From IMG/VR virus record IMGVR_UViG_3300025470_000048, positions 1 through 35,527 of that record: 35,527 bases of DNA; one strand, written 5' to 3'. Of the stretch, positions 26,101 through 34,942 are shown one piece after another. Position 1 is the first letter of the stretch. Every line of letters begins with the position of its first letter. The position numbers were made by a program, and so were the translations under genes. Below the pieces are notes generated by a model. The model searched no databases and had not been told where the DNA came from. It saw only the letters and a program-made list of their open reading frames with translations. The stretch comes from a virus (Duplodnaviria; Caudoviricetes).

Positions 26101-27505
26101 GATGGAGGAGCGGTCTCAGTTAACGCCGGAAGAGACAGCGGATGTTATCAGCAAGGTGCAACTGACACCGGAAGAGTTAGCAGACGTCGAAGATAACGCG
26201 AAGCGTCACGCGGCGTTCCGCGCTAAGGAGTTGGCGAACTTTAGTCTGCGAGGCAGCAAGAGCCGCGTCCTGTCATCGCTCTACGCCTTCATTCGCCCTG
26301 CCATGACAACGGCGGTGAAAACTGCTGAGAGCTTCGGCACCCTGCGTTATCTCGTTCCTAAGTACGGCGAGGAATTACTGGGCAAGGCGATCGACAATGA
26401 GTTGCTCCCGCAAGATCGCCAGAATCCTCGCTTGCGTGAAGCCGCTGCGCAACGTCTTTTGACAGAGGCCAAGCGTTGGCAGTTGGTCTCCAAGGGGCTA
26501 TTCGCGGCGGGTATGGCGTCGTATGTAATGTCGTACCACATGTCTGATGAGGACGCGCAGGGGCGTAACCGCATCGCTGCCGGTAAGAAAGACATGTGGA
26601 TCCGCAACATCAACTTCGCCATCCCGGGCAGTAAGAAGTTGTTCTCTCTGCCTGTGGGCTTCGGCCCCGGCGGCATCGTAGCCATGGGTGCGCAGACGGC
26701 AGCTTACATGATGGGCCACCAGACGACCTCAGAGTATCTGGGTAACTTGGGCCGCATCGGTGCTGAAATGTGGTCGCCGATTCAGCCGTCGATGATTAAA
26801 CCCGCAGACCATCCGATGCAGTTCATCGCCGATACCATCGCGCCCACGCCTGTCAAAGCGGCGTTCGAGTCTGCCATGAACATGAACTCCATGGGCAACC
26901 CGATCTACAACACGCGCCAGAGTAAGATCGCGGAGTCTATCTCGGGTGGCGGCAGCGTCCCGCAGATCTACAAGGACTTCTCTGGCTGGCTCTACCGTGA
27001 GCATGGGTGGGACATACCTCCCAACCTGCTGTACTTCGAAGCCACGAACTACATGGACGGCGCGGCAGACATGGCGACTCAAGCGTACGAACTGCGCGAG
27101 GGCCTCGCCAACATGTTCAGCGGAGGCCAGAAGGGTAAGTCAATCGACCCCAAGGTCTTCATGGGATCGTTCTTGCGCAACGACGCCAACTACGACTCGG
27201 AGAACTACGCGTCGGTCAATCAGAAGATCGGCGAACTGTCGCAAGGCGTAGAGACGGGCAAATTAGACCCGCGCGTCATGGAGCGCATGTACAGGGATCA
27301 CCCAGAAGCGCAAGCGGCGATCGCTGCGTTCCGTACGAACCTGCACGACATCAACACCATCGAGCACGAGATCAAGTTGCTTCGAGCAAGCCCGAATCTG
27401 CCCACTGAGTTGAAAAACCAAATGATCGACTTCAGAACGAACCAACTCAATTTGCAGAAACGGATCGCTATGTACCGCGCAGAGCCGTTCGGTATCACGC
27501 CCTAA
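23147..27505 (+). CDS. Large internal virion / DNA-transfer protein with LPD38-like C-terminal region
   Basis: 1452 aa, last gene of the virion arm, mostly helical. SLPVGFG...PTPVKAAFESAMNMNSMGNPIY resembles the C-terminal domain of large polyvalent phage proteins. Confidence 0.65.
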   Translation: MAQFKVIGSDGIKYVLEGPADATPQELEEALNQQAFGHSGAAAATPAEPQQTQSDGVWGARLKAAAEAMPSTVAAITLGGRAAAAVPGGPYVKGAVGLGVGLGTALLSDEAKDYLIDKFPETAKALGVDKETRAKEQAKDPYGQTIAAAVPGFLAFTPEGLMKNAAGESANVFSRFLRSYKGEAGGNAAMNAGIQTAIGAGSQLWHNDGDLSKVDWSQVGLQAGLGALQTKPTKFGNYLTGHPEISAAATPAKTPVTPPPPGDEDVLPPNVFPPSQTPNEPPTNGPRRLRPDPNEMEQSAPPPGADRIAFYEDDMRQRSESRAADDAITMGNLATQVKKDIGPVDNLITKYQNMWQPIKRLFNQMSKHPDGPKTIISGPDANDLYPILANMDSVAEALANEHVADPAREYLGAINDLSQAKNLNSPRLAADILSEYLIAQHADARRTELFLRYRPLKNEPVVGAYGGPESMDEVIDGEKRGQPMPSPNDLRNTALRDAMKIASDPNLTTEDKIPLLKQLGDHLREIVYDPANVDPYGATKHPEYMNREPGQPMPTDWASAVYAPAENTDPTRMSVIRQLMDRDLADPTVGPVLERALTKHKELIQITKDLQRQGGKWNGTLDALTDGFYRWGDTYTPLKSRFGDQDPTNLAGTHSYGDVAGFTEGFGGGKHITENTALQTIYDAYNAAHTASREGVTLRVKNLIEQGYLPGEYLGDITAPDRFLATNAELKQEFPRLFGGDTIYHMGDDGTAHVYRIKDQAVLDGIRRPIEDPPSLALRALQSITGLVSNQLTRLRLTFAPWNFLKHSLMNAYILPNEYAGEISKFQYPIEVAKNMRHMASKNILGDMQRLSLLYRQGKFTEINRLAAENPFVKDAFEFLQYGGKAAYMHAMDVDKGYKYLETNFSNNKLVRGGSKALEALDKILDTWSDGWDFVSRGTAYSLAKPIEIKRQTDIALAQKHKAALEEAYKLKETTARIQGGTRDQMEERSQLTPEETADVISKVQLTPEELADVEDNAKRHAAFRAKELANFSLRGSKSRVLSSLYAFIRPAMTTAVKTAESFGTLRYLVPKYGEELLGKAIDNELLPQDRQNPRLREAAAQRLLTEAKRWQLVSKGLFAAGMASYVMSYHMSDEDAQGRNRIAAGKKDMWIRNINFAIPGSKKLFSLPVGFGPGGIVAMGAQTAAYMMGHQTTSEYLGNLGRIGAEMWSPIQPSMIKPADHPMQFIADTIAPTPVKAAFESAMNMNSMGNPIYNTRQSKIAESISGGGSVPQIYKDFSGWLYREHGWDIPPNLLYFEATNYMDGAADMATQAYELREGLANMFSGGQKGKSIDPKVFMGSFLRNDANYDSENYASVNQKIGELSQGVETGKLDPRVMERMYRDHPEAQAAIAAFRTNLHDINTIEHEIKLLRASPNLPTELKNQMIDFRTNQLNLQKRIAMYRAEPFGITP

Positions 27506-27717
27506 CGGACGCGCCACGTCCTAACGCCCAGACATCCTTCATGGATGGTCACGATCGATCGGGTCTTGTACTTGGCCTTCTTCGATCGTGTATCGATAAC
27601 GTAGATCATCTGGGCGGGTTTGAGGGTGGGGATAAAGAAACTATCCCCAACCTTCATGGCTTCGAACGGTAGGAGCCATTCCGGCTCCGGCACTTCATTC
27701 TGTGTCTGGTTGGACAT
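27502..27717 (-). CDS. Small hypothetical protein, possibly DNA-binding
   Basis: LPFEAMKVGDSFFIP...GVRTWRVR is a recurrent small phage family; start taken at MSNQTQ. Confidence 0.7.
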   Translation of the reverse strand: MSNQTQNEVPEPEWLLPFEAMKVGDSFFIPTLKPAQMIYVIDTRSKKAKYKTRSIVTIHEGCLGVRTWRVR

Positions 27718-30508
27718 CAAGCACACTCGCAAAGACATAGACGTTGATTGACGGTGTCGCGCCCGTACCTGTGCGCCATCCAGACGACAGGCGACGCTTC
27801 TCGGTGCCGATCAGAATCTTCTCCTTCTCCAAGGAGACCTCGAACTCGCGGCTGCTAACCTGCCGTTCGCTCAAGAACTTCTTGAACTCCGACTTGTTGA
27901 TGTAGACCCGACTCGTCGAGGACTCGAAGCGACCCACAAGGAACGAACCCTTGGGTTCCGCGACGATCCGCTCCTGATCGAATATCAGGAAGCTCTGGAG
28001 GTTCTTGTAGTAGAACTCCGTGATCAACGCCTTGTAGTCTACGTTGGCAGGTTTAACGGTCTTGTCGCGGATCTGGATCATGTTGACGATCACGACGTTG
28101 TAGATGCGTTCCAGATCAAGGTCGAGTATCCCTGCCTCCATGGCAAGTTCACCCCCGGCAAAGTCGGAGGCGATGGTGTTCATGTAGAACCGATACTCGC
28201 TCTGCCCACCGTAGTCCTTGGTGAACCGCGTGACCCACTTGGTCAGCACCTTCGATACGTACGCATCGCCAACCTTGAACAGGTGCTTCACATACTCTGG
28301 CCCCGCCCATCCATAGTTGGTGCGGAAGACATCGAAGATCTTGTTGCCGATGGTAGGGTCAGCCTCCATCTGTGGCGGCTTCTTCATGGAGAACTCAATC
28401 AAGCGCGCGAGTTCGCCCTGTGGGCTGCTCTTGTACGCAAACAGTTTGTCGTACAACGATTGGTTCGAGGTGAACGCCCCTTGCATGGACGCCGACATCT
28501 CTAAATCGCGCTCAGCGTCTACGGAGGACTGCATACGCAGCTTCGCCTTACCCTGCGAGATCCGGTGCAGGATCTTGGACAAGGCTTCCCCGGAGATGTT
28601 CGACGCCTCGTCGAGGCCAAACAGAATGTTCTTGAGCGCCAGATATCGTCCGATATGGGCGTTATCTGTCGCTACGCCTTCGAGGATGGATATGTTATAG
28701 GGGTCGCAGAACACGCTCAGACCTGCGTACAGCGCGCCCGTCTTACCTACACCGGAGTCAGTACTCTGGTAACAGATCGACGATCCGGGCGTTGAGGTCA
28801 GGTGCATCAAGACCGATCCAAACCCTTGCAGGAGACCTAGCGCGTGGAGTTCGAACCCCGGCTCGTTGAGCGCGCGGGCAGAGGCTTTCCACGCATCGTA
28901 CGAACCTACGCGCCGAACTAACTTGGCAACGTTCTTGATCATGGGTGATGCCGCCATAGGGCGTTCAGTCCCATCCTTGCTGACTTCGAGATCACCCAGA
29001 ACAAAGGCGTCTTTCTCTTCAGTCCAGCCCATTTGCTTGCGCATGATTTCCGCCTTTTCTTTCCGTTGCAAGTACACGTCCCATTTGGTGATGTACTCGT
29101 AGAGTTTTTGCGTCTGCGAGATATGGAAGTTGACTCCATTCTCGGCGAGGATCTGCTTCAGCTTATCGAACGTATAGACGTGCTTGAGCGGCAGCAGGAA
29201 GTCGTTCACAGGATCGTGCGGCAGGATATGCCGCATGAGCAGACACTCCTTGTCGGATCCTGCGATCATTCGTTTGATCGGATACAGATCGTTCGAGGTC
29301 AGGCAGATGGGATCTTCGCGGTCGCCATCGTCGTCTGCGGGAGGCATATAGAACACGCCCCCTGCCCTGCCGCGTACGAACGGCCTCAGCTCCTTGGGGA
29401 ACACTGAAAGTGTTTGGGAATCCGAGTCGATCCGAACTGCGTCCTCCGCAGAGGTTTCTCGGGCTTCGGCGAACCGTCTGCCGAGGTCAATCGGAGAATG
29501 GGAACGGAGCGACCCTCTGAGGGCGCAGCCCACACAAGCGGCGGGATTTTCTTTTTCAAACGCACTGCAACTGTGTGCCCACTTGGCGTTGTCAAGTGAC
29601 TGTTTGGCTTTACGCTCTGTAACTTCACGACTGTACCCCGGATGGTCTTCCGACATTAGATGGATGGCTTCCGCGCCATCTACACAACGAATCGCTACGG
29701 ACAACCCCGCGTACCACAACGGCTCGCGCAAGGTCTTGGCTTCTTCGAGAATGTACTTGATCTGGTTGCAGCCCTTGCCGTTTAGGCTGCGCAGCGCGAT
29801 GTCCTCGAAGTAATACTCGAAGTTGTCTTTGAATACGATCGTGTTGTCATCTAACCCCTTGGTCGCTGCGGCAAGGATGTCAGTGATAACCGGAGGAACA
29901 TCGACGATGCCTAGCATGTCCTTAAACATGCTGAAGTCGTACTGATAGATTTCCTCGTCGAGCAACCGCGCCAACTTGGGCGGGTCTGTCTTGTAGTTGT
30001 ATGTGTTCGGGCAGCGCATGATGCGACACGCATCTGCGGTCACAGAGGGATCGATCTTTAATCCGCGACCAACGCAGTAGTCTTTGAACTTCTGCGCATA
30101 CGCTTGCCATTCATAAATGTTGACGTCTTCTTCGAACAACCAATAAGCATGGACGCCAGTTCCCGAGTCCAGCCGCACGGGCGGCGGCAGGTCAGCTTCT
30201 GATACGAACGCGCTCAGCGCTTGCAATGCTTCCTGCTTGCTCGTGTAGCAAACGGTTCCATGGTTGACGTCTAGGTCAATGAAGAATGACCGCGAGTAAC
30301 TCGCGTAGTCCTTCTTGCGTGAGTGGGCTGAAAATGAGTTCGGTGTTACATATACGCTGAGTCCCTCCTGCTTCAACGATTCGACTGTGATCATCAAGGC
30401 ATCGATTGTTTCTGCGAACCTATGACGGACAAGTCCGTCTCTGGTAATCCCTGCGGCGCAATAGACACCCTGCGTTGGCAATGCTTTCTCGTAAAATTGT
30501 TTTTCCAT
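27695..30508 (-). CDS. Primase-helicase fusion (RepB-like primase domain, Cys-containing linker, DUF927-type helicase)
   Basis: FFIDLD, DSGTGVHAYW, RIMRCPNTYN (primase); EPLWYAGLS and CxxC; Walker A-like DSGVGKT and Walker B LDEA. Confidence 0.85.
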   Translation of the reverse strand: MEKQFYEKALPTQGVYCAAGITRDGLVRHRFAETIDALMITVESLKQEGLSVYVTPNSFSAHSRKKDYASYSRSFFIDLDVNHGTVCYTSKQEALQALSAFVSEADLPPPVRLDSGTGVHAYWLFEEDVNIYEWQAYAQKFKDYCVGRGLKIDPSVTADACRIMRCPNTYNYKTDPPKLARLLDEEIYQYDFSMFKDMLGIVDVPPVITDILAAATKGLDDNTIVFKDNFEYYFEDIALRSLNGKGCNQIKYILEEAKTLREPLWYAGLSVAIRCVDGAEAIHLMSEDHPGYSREVTERKAKQSLDNAKWAHSCSAFEKENPAACVGCALRGSLRSHSPIDLGRRFAEARETSAEDAVRIDSDSQTLSVFPKELRPFVRGRAGGVFYMPPADDDGDREDPICLTSNDLYPIKRMIAGSDKECLLMRHILPHDPVNDFLLPLKHVYTFDKLKQILAENGVNFHISQTQKLYEYITKWDVYLQRKEKAEIMRKQMGWTEEKDAFVLGDLEVSKDGTERPMAASPMIKNVAKLVRRVGSYDAWKASARALNEPGFELHALGLLQGFGSVLMHLTSTPGSSICYQSTDSGVGKTGALYAGLSVFCDPYNISILEGVATDNAHIGRYLALKNILFGLDEASNISGEALSKILHRISQGKAKLRMQSSVDAERDLEMSASMQGAFTSNQSLYDKLFAYKSSPQGELARLIEFSMKKPPQMEADPTIGNKIFDVFRTNYGWAGPEYVKHLFKVGDAYVSKVLTKWVTRFTKDYGGQSEYRFYMNTIASDFAGGELAMEAGILDLDLERIYNVVIVNMIQIRDKTVKPANVDYKALITEFYYKNLQSFLIFDQERIVAEPKGSFLVGRFESSTSRVYINKSEFKKFLSERQVSSREFEVSLEKEKILIGTEKRRLSSGWRTGTGATPSINVYVFASVLDVQPDTE

Positions 30509-30527
30509 AATGCCATTTTGCAGCGAT

Positions 30528-30561
30528 AAAAAAGGCGGGACACCGCATTCGGTGCCCCGCC
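30528..30561 (-). terminator. Rho-independent terminator
   Basis: The minus strand reads GGCGGGGCACCG-AATG-CGGTGTCCCGCC-TTTTTT: a 12-bp stem (one G-U), 4-nt loop and U6 tail, 13 nt downstream of the HTH gene. Confidence 0.88.
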
Positions 30562-30574
30562 AACCGAGAGACTA

Positions 30575-30886
30575 TTAGATCTTTACCCCCGTGAGATTCT
30601 CGATATACGCCTTGGCATCTTCCATGTTCGTACACGGGAGGCGTCCGGTCTGTGTATCGGATTCCACGAATTCGATAAATAGTTCTACGATCTTAAACTT
30701 GTTCTCGCGGATCCCGCGCCCACGGAACCATCCATAGACGGTCGTAGGCGAGGTCTCCAACGCAACAGCGGCATAGGCAGCGGGGATGTTCGCAGCAACG
30801 CAAGCGCGCGCCAGTCGCAGCCCCAACTTGTTGTCTTCCTTCTTGCCGAGTTCCAACAAGAACTGTTCGCTATATGTCCGTGCCAT
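30575..30886 (-). CDS. HTH (Cro/XRE-like) DNA-binding protein
   Basis: Start taken at ATG 30886 (MARTYSEQF); IPAAYAAVALETSPTTVYGWFRG fits a helix-turn-helix. Confidence 0.7.
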   Translation of the reverse strand: MARTYSEQFLLELGKKEDNKLGLRLARACVAANIPAAYAAVALETSPTTVYGWFRGRGIRENKFKIVELFIEFVESDTQTGRLPCTNMEDAKAYIENLTGVKI

Positions 30887-30887
30887 G

Positions 30888-31811
30888 TTAACTCTTCTTG
30901 CCCTTTGACCACTTACGGACAACGTCAGGGATGTCCGCACCCTCGCCGAGCGGCTTCTTCGTTTCACGTAGTACCGGTTCAGCGACCTCTTCAGCGGCCT
31001 CTGCAACCGCTGCTTCACGCGTCGTCATGCCATCGATCACCGTGCCACCCAACGGACGACGTGACAGTTCAGGAGCCAACGCAGGAGCCGGCGCATCATC
31101 CATCTTGTAGACGGTCAACCGAATCGCAGCTTCCGCTACGGCGGTCTTGCCCTGCTCAGCCACGATGTCGAGCACCTCTTTGCTGACGGCGGCGACAGGC
31201 GAGAACAACACGCGCGGTACAGGCGACTTGGTATCGAACTGCATCTTGGTGACGACGTTCGAGCCGCTGATGTTGTGGTTGGCAAGCATCTGCATATACG
31301 GACGGAAAGGCCACTTGCCATCCTCTTCCTTGCCGAACGACGACGTCGCCGGGAGAACCAACTGCATGACGTCGCCATCTGGATCGTCCGGCAGTACAAC
31401 CGCCGTACGCCACGACAGACGACAGGCCGTGCCCGTACCGCCCTGACCCGAACCCTTCACACTGTGCGGGCAGGAGTCGCAGGTACGCGCTTGCGGCGTA
31501 TCGACGTCATCATCAGGCGTCTTGCTATCGGTTGACCAACAGACAGGCGCAGCCTTCTCGCCCTCGACGTAACGGCCCGTGTAGAACTGCCGCGACGGGT
31601 TCGGTGCCATGCGCGCGAAGATCACGTTTATGTGACGTGCTTCGATCGAACCGACTTCCTTACCGCCCACGATCTTACGGAACACGCCGCCCTTGATGCT
31701 GATGCGCTTGCTACCGCCACCCGCACCGGCTACCGCACGGGTCTGCTCATCGACTCCCTTGACGATGGTGGACAGGCTGGACTGAATCGACTGAATAAGA
31801 TTGGTGCTCAT
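30888..31811 (-). CDS. Putative single-stranded DNA-binding / recombination protein
   Basis: RISIKGGVFR, CWS, CDSCP, TACR, TKMQFD and an acidic/Ala-rich tail; located in the replication module. Confidence 0.5.
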   Translation of the reverse strand: MSTNLIQSIQSSLSTIVKGVDEQTRAVAGAGGGSKRISIKGGVFRKIVGGKEVGSIEARHINVIFARMAPNPSRQFYTGRYVEGEKAAPVCWSTDSKTPDDDVDTPQARTCDSCPHSVKGSGQGGTGTACRLSWRTAVVLPDDPDGDVMQLVLPATSSFGKEEDGKWPFRPYMQMLANHNISGSNVVTKMQFDTKSPVPRVLFSPVAAVSKEVLDIVAEQGKTAVAEAAIRLTVYKMDDAPAPALAPELSRRPLGGTVIDGMTTREAAVAEAAEEVAEPVLRETKKPLGEGADIPDVVRKWSKGKKS

Positions 31812-31812
31812 A

Positions 31813-32226
31813 TTACTCTTCCTCTTTCTTACTGGATTTACGAACTGTGACTGCGAACTCGCGCATTACGTTAACGCCGGGGGGCAAGCCCTCGCCGGGA
31901 TGATCGCTCATGAACTGCTTGAAGTTACCCTGATGGATACGACGCTCAAACAACTCAACGGCTTCATGCTCCAAGACGAACTGCTTAAAGCCATCCCAAT
32001 CGTTGCAGTAGAAACGCTCATTCAATTTACGACTGACCGTACCGTGACTCGTTCGGATACTGTCAGCATTCATCGCATTGCAGACTCCAAGCATCAATGC
32101 TTCGATCTCTGCCATGTCGGCCTTTAACGCCTTATCCTGATCCTCATAGACTCTGGTGATCCGCTCGCGCTCTGCGCGAATGGCGAGGTACGCCTCCACC
32201 ATTTCCTCAACACTGATTTCACTCAT
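31813..32226 (-). CDS. Conserved phage replication-module protein
   Basis: Coiled-coil N-terminus, SIRTSHGTV, DWDGF, LFERRIHQGN, PPGVN. Confidence 0.7.
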   Translation of the reverse strand: MSEISVEEMVEAYLAIRAERERITRVYEDQDKALKADMAEIEALMLGVCNAMNADSIRTSHGTVSRKLNERFYCNDWDGFKQFVLEHEAVELFERRIHQGNFKQFMSDHPGEGLPPGVNVMREFAVTVRKSSKKEEE

Positions 32227-33802
32227 TGGTTTCCAACTCCCTTTTGTACAAGTCCACTAACTTACTGTGACTGTCTACTTTGCCTTGCAGCATGGCGTAG
32301 ACTTTCTTCTCAACTTCGCTGCCCTGCAAATGCACCACCGTCATGGAGTTCTTCTGACCTACGCGATCGATACGACCGATGCACTGTAGGTAAGTCTCCA
32401 CCGACATGACAGGCGACCAGAACACAATCGTATCCGCTGCGGTAAGCGTGATGCCGTGCGACGCAGCTTGCGGCTGAATAACAAGCACTCGCGGATCGTC
32501 TTGCTTCTGAAACCGTTCAATGATCTCCGCACGAGTTCGCGCAGTGACATCACCGTTGATGATCTCACTCGTGTATCCGCTTGCCGTGAGGTTCTCATGC
32601 ACCACCGTGATGGTGTGATTGTAGGGGACGAATACTATAACCTTGTTTATGGTTTCATCAAGCACTTCTTTCAGTTCGTTGATGCGTGGCTTAATGTCGA
32701 ATTCGACGATGTCCTTCTTATCTGTATAGACAGCACCACCCGCAATCTGTAGCAGCTTGCTGAGTGACGCAGCGGCATTGACCGCGCTGACTTGTTCACC
32801 TGCGGCTTCAACCTGCATCTGTGTCTTCAGCGCGCGATAGTATTTCGCTGCTTGGGCAGACATCGGTACGTCACGGGTCTGGTACATAACCTCTGGTAGA
32901 TCAAGGCACTCTGCCTTGGAGAACCGGATCGCAGGTTGCAGTGCATCAAACACCATCTGCCGCGCCGTCAACTTCGGTATCCACTTGAAGCGCGTGAGTT
33001 GCACCATGACCTTGTCGCGCCACGCGGTGACATACTTCGGCACACGATGCGGCGATACCAATCGCGCCAAGCCAAAGGCGTCTAACGGACTTTGACTTGC
33101 CGGGGTGCCTGTCATCATCCACAGGCGCGTTGTCGGCTTGATCAACTTCGAGAGCCGTCTCCAACGCTGCGTCGTTGCGGTCTTGTAGGCATTGGCCTCA
33201 TCAACAATGATCAGGTCGAAGCCACCCGCTGCGATCTCATCCATGACGACGCCAACGCCATCGAAGTTGATGATCACAAACTCGTAGTCGCCTTGGATAA
33301 CCTTCGCGCGCTTAGCCTTGTCACCGTGAGCCACCGCTGCTTTGCGGTGCATCGCGGTCTTGAAGATGTCTGCTTGCCATGCCGAATACATGATCGACAA
33401 CGGACAGATCACCAACACGCGCTTCACTAGCCCGAGCGTCATCAGATAGTCCGCAGCCCAGATGGCAGCGGACGTCTTGCCTGTACCTGCCTCGTTGAAA
33501 CAGAACGCGCGTTGACGCAACGACAAGTACGCCGCTGTGGTCTTCTGGTGCTCGAACGGCTGGAACATCCCGGGCCAGTTGTAGTCACGCAATATCGGCG
33601 AAGGAACCGACTCGTCGGCTTTATCCTTCTGATCGAAGTACTGCGCGAGCCACGCCATCTCATCGTAGTCCCAACAGACTACGATGTCGGCCTTACCGTC
33701 TTCCTTAACAATCAACTCACTCCTCTGAAGGACTGATAAAACTTCTTCTGCACTTTCCCACGGAAGCGCCATGCGCACCGCAGTGTCTTCGACTAATTCC
33801 AT
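32219..33802 (-). CDS. SNF2-family (SF2) helicase
   Basis: PFEHQ, NEAGTGKT, VICPLS, IVDEAN, MTGTP, HGITLTAA, RIDRVGQ. Confidence 0.92.
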   Translation of the reverse strand: MELVEDTAVRMALPWESAEEVLSVLQRSELIVKEDGKADIVVCWDYDEMAWLAQYFDQKDKADESVPSPILRDYNWPGMFQPFEHQKTTAAYLSLRQRAFCFNEAGTGKTSAAIWAADYLMTLGLVKRVLVICPLSIMYSAWQADIFKTAMHRKAAVAHGDKAKRAKVIQGDYEFVIINFDGVGVVMDEIAAGGFDLIIVDEANAYKTATTQRWRRLSKLIKPTTRLWMMTGTPASQSPLDAFGLARLVSPHRVPKYVTAWRDKVMVQLTRFKWIPKLTARQMVFDALQPAIRFSKAECLDLPEVMYQTRDVPMSAQAAKYYRALKTQMQVEAAGEQVSAVNAAASLSKLLQIAGGAVYTDKKDIVEFDIKPRINELKEVLDETINKVIVFVPYNHTITVVHENLTASGYTSEIINGDVTARTRAEIIERFQKQDDPRVLVIQPQAASHGITLTAADTIVFWSPVMSVETYLQCIGRIDRVGQKNSMTVVHLQGSEVEKKVYAMLQGKVDSHSKLVDLYKRELETNE

Positions 33803-34056
33803 TACTTCATTGCTCCACTAGGCTTACGCTTAAAGGATCGATTCTTACTGGGCGGTTCCAACCGGACACCGTCCTTGTTGCTGCCACCTTTGCTGAGCGC
33901 CTTTACATGGGCAACGTCCTTGCCCTTGCGATTGACGCCCTTCTTGTCGAGCGCGCGTCGAGCACGTTGCCGCTCCATACGGTCTTCGTGTTCACCACGC
34001 GCCATCTGCATCTGATACTCGTGCTTATACGGACGAGGACTCTTGGTGTAGGGCAT
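33802..34056 (-). CDS. Small HNH-like basic protein
   Basis: KDVAHVKALSKGGSN...SKNRS resembles a minimal HNH-type motif; start taken at MPYTK. Confidence 0.55.
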   Translation of the reverse strand: MPYTKSPRPYKHEYQMQMARGEHEDRMERQRARRALDKKGVNRKGKDVAHVKALSKGGSNKDGVRLEPPSKNRSFKRKPSGAMK

Positions 34057-34058
34057 GA

Positions 34059-34709
34059 TCACTCCTTATTGAATTCGCAACTCTTAACAGGGCACCACCG
34101 ACACAACGGTGTCGGATTTGCTACCCACCAATCGGCTTCGAATGAGTGCGCCAGACGGGTTAGGTCTGGTGTGAATACCCCCCACAAGTCCAGTATCTTG
34201 TTGCGCGCGTAGTCCTCCGTTAGGAAGCTGTTGTGCGCAACGAATAGCAAACCTGCTTTGACCCGCACGACTTTGGGGAAGTGCGCGAAGGTCATCAACG
34301 CCATCAACTTCAACTGTTTCGGATCCGGGTACTTGTTGCTCCCGGTTTTGTAGTCAACGATGAACGCGGTGTCTTCATCGATGACCATGAAGTCAACGAT
34401 GCCCCGTACCCAATAGTCGGGCGAATCAAACTCACAAGGCAGTTTGTCTGCACTGAGCGCCATCTTGTATTCGAGGTATCGTTCACCGGGAATCTCCAGT
34501 AGTGCATCAATCTGTGGCTTGAACTTCAGATAGAACCTCGGCAGTTCCTTCCCATCGCGCGCGTAGTCTTCCAACGCCTTGTGGACGTCGGTGCCGTACT
34601 GCATCTGCTGCGAGACCTTGACCTCGTAGTTCTTGAGGTTCTTCACCTCGTTGAACTGACGGGGACAGTTGAGGTACTGCTTGAGACCGCTAAACGACCA
34701 CTTGATCAT
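34059..34709 (-). CDS. PD-(D/E)XK (RecB/Cas4-like) exonuclease
   Basis: WSFSGL..YLNCP, GTDVH, RGIVD, IVDYKTG, QL, C-terminal CRWCPVKSC. Confidence 0.88.
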   Translation of the reverse strand: MIKWSFSGLKQYLNCPRQFNEVKNLKNYEVKVSQQMQYGTDVHKALEDYARDGKELPRFYLKFKPQIDALLEIPGERYLEYKMALSADKLPCEFDSPDYWVRGIVDFMVIDEDTAFIVDYKTGSNKYPDPKQLKLMALMTFAHFPKVVRVKAGLLFVAHNSFLTEDYARNKILDLWGVFTPDLTRLAHSFEADWWVANPTPLCRWCPVKSCEFNKE

Positions 34710-34942
34710 TCTGTTTCCAATTCACTGGAAGTGAGTTTGATGAACACCGGAGTATTCTTGCCCACCCATGCCCCTGTGACGTTGAAGTCCATGAACTCGG
34801 AGGCTTCTTCGTGAGACATATGATCGCGCTTCATCAAGATCGCAATGCACTTGTCCCAATCGTATACAGCCAATTGAGTATTGAACTGATAGCCGACGCC
34901 GATCAACGCGGCTTCAAACCCGTTCGCGTACAGCGCTTCCAT
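34706..34942 (-). CDS. Conserved small hypothetical phage protein
   Basis: Start at ATG 34942 (TAATG overlap with the polymerase stop); GFEAALIG...AVYD...EASEFMDFNVTGAWVGKNTPVFI. Confidence 0.7.
   Translation of the reverse strand: MEALYANGFEAALIGVGYQFNTQLAVYDWDKCIAILMKRDHMSHEEASEFMDFNVTGAWVGKNTPVFIKLTSSELETE

Noticed and set aside
26115-26192. Short duplication QLTPEETADV / QLTPEELADV in the large virion protein
   Set aside because: Two-copy local helical duplication with nothing to suggest a separate function.
27495-27512. Expected bidirectional terminator at the convergence of the two arms
   Set aside because: The two stop codons overlap (27502-27505) and I found no convincing hairpin with a U-tract.
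34059-34709. Cas4-like nuclease as a CRISPR component
   Set aside because: Stand-alone PD-(D/E)XK nucleases are routine in phage replication modules; no array or other cas genes.
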